Source of the DNA: the human T2T-CHM13v2.0 reference genome, Homo sapiens
Strand: one strand, 5' to 3'
NCBI RefSeq assembly: GCF_009914755.1
Contig: NC_060938.1
Length of the DNA stretch: 64,000 nt
The position numbers and the translations under genes were made by a program. Positions within the stretch are counted from its first letter, which is position 1. The number at the start of each line of letters is the position of its first letter. The notes below the pieces were generated by a model that searched no databases, was not told the origin of the DNA, and saw only the letters and a program-made list of their open reading frames with translations. Positions 62,151-64,000 of the stretch are shown here, one piece after another.

Positions 62151-63097
62151 AATGTTATGGAAAACCTAATAGTCACTGATGTGTTATTAAGCTAACATTT
62201 CACCACAGTACATGATTCAGATTAATAATTTCTTACTCATCCCATGATATTTGGTGGGGGCGGGGGGGGGCAGGGAGTCATAGCTATCAATGTATCTAAA
62301 ATAAGAGATTTTCCTTATTTTATGATTCACTCTCATAACCTTTAGATTGGGCCACGAATTGCATTTAATTCCTGTTGGCAAGTTTAATTTCACTTATATG
62401 ATACTACTAGACAGTTTTAGAGGTTGATCCTCCAAAAATGCCCTTCTTATGTACTTCTGCCTTTTTTATAACAATGTTTTGATGCTGTACTTTCCACCAG
62501 TCTTAGATATTCATTGATTTTCTGCTTCATTTCACTCCAAACTTTCCAATCTTTCTGTGCCCTCCTCTGCACTTCAGTGGCTTTCTGCCTCTATCCCAGC
62601 CTCTGAGCTATTAGTACACAAATCCCTGAGGTTCCACTGTGGAACAGAATATCAAATACATCAAGTGCATAACAGAACACAACAGGGTGAATGGAGGACT
62701 TTCAGCCATCAGCCTTCCACCTTTCTAGCCAATTTCCTTACTTGACAAGCCCCTCAGGCCATAGTAGCACAAGGAACAGTATCCAGGAGACACCTCTGTG
62801 CCATTAACCCTTCAAGTCACTTTTGTGGATTCCACATTAAAGAGATGTGAGATGTTATCAGCATAAAATAATATCTTGCAATGATAAAGCCATCCAAAAT
62901 ACAAATCAATTCTCTTATCTGACCGTCGCTAATAATAGCAGGTAGATAATTCAGCCAATATTCCTTCCTATTTTCTTCAACTTTCTTGTCCAAGGACACG
63001 TTGCAATTAAGTGGAGATGAAAGAGCAGGAATACAGACTTGTCATACCCAGTTGCATGATTTTGCACCTACACTTTGCATTCTCACAATACAATGTT

Positions 63098-63622
63098 CTG
63101 GTAGATTGTTTCAAAAACATAGCTGTGTTTATTTTTCCCCCTGTATCCATACCCCTCTGCAATGTTACTTATAATTCCTCCCATCAAGACAGAGGGTCTG
63201 TTTCCTATCTCTTAAATCTAGACTGACTTTAGGACTTGCTTTGGCCAACAGAATGTGATATAAATGACTGCAGCAGATCCAAGCCTAGGCCTCAAAAGGC
63301 CTTGCACACCACCTCCACCTGTGGTCTTGGAAGCCAGCCCAGCTGCCATGTGAACAAGACTCACTAGGCTTTGGGGGATGAGAGACCACAGAAGCATCCC
63401 TTTGAGTCATGCATTTCAGCCATCCTAGACTACTCAGGCCCTAGCCAACTCAGCGGCTGACCACAGATGCATGAGTAAACTTAGTTGAGATAAGCCAAAC
63501 CTAGCCTAAATCAGCAGAACCACCCAATTGAACTGCAGACTCATGAGTTGAATAAATTATGGTGGATATTATCTATAAAGCTTTAGAGTTATTTGACATG
63601 CAGGAAAAAAGATAACTGATAA
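63098..63622 (+). mobile_element. MLT1E/F-like MaLR LTR
   Basis: GACTTGCTTTGGCCAACAGAATGTG...AGCCTAGGCCTCAA.AGGCCTTGCA...CAGAACCACCCA..AACTGCAGACTCATGAG...GATAACTGATA. Confidence 0.78.
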
Positions 63623-64000
63623 AAATGTAAGAAAAGTGCATATGTTACATGCTTATGAGCACAGAATTTCATATTTCTAGGACAGAACACTGGGGCAATA
63701 TAGATATCGCGTTAATAGAGAGGTCCCATCTTAATACAACATTATCCCAAATAGGAAAGATATGGGTGTGTAAAGTAAGATTTAATATACAATTGTTGGG
63801 TGTTATTTATCTGTTATATTCAGAAATATGTTGCTATTATGCTTTGCATGGATTGACGCCAACAAATACTTCATGAGAATAAAGAACTCCAAGTTATTAC
63901 TTCATAAATCTTATAAATATTTCTAAAAGCCAATCTCACCTAAAACTTAACATCACCTTGGGTGATATCCATGGAGGTGAGCCTTCCAATAGCCTGGCCT

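Overview
Human, AT-rich, repeat-dense intronic DNA. The window contains a single protein-coding exon, 55762-56188 on the minus strand (427 nt, canonical AG/GT ends). It encodes S4, S5, turret, pore helix, the TIGFG selectivity filter and the first half of S6 of the EAG2 potassium channel KCNH5 (Kv10.2); from recalled numbering it is most likely exon 7. Everything else is flanking intron: about 14 Alus (two of them AluYa5), a 5'-inverted young L1PA, older L1PA/L1M, L2, L3/CR1, MIR, MaLR/ERVL LTRs and DNA-transposon fossils. I find no convincing undescribed biological system. The best leads are a CpG-retaining ~620-bp patch at 50.75-51.38 kb, a twin-primed L1 with a large internal gap and gene-sense poly(A) signals just downstream of the exon, a gene-sense THE1 LTR with a splice donor upstream of the exon, two AluYa5 within 10 kb, and several local duplications. 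Repeat subfamily calls come from recalled consensus sequences, and boundaries of old repeats are approximate.
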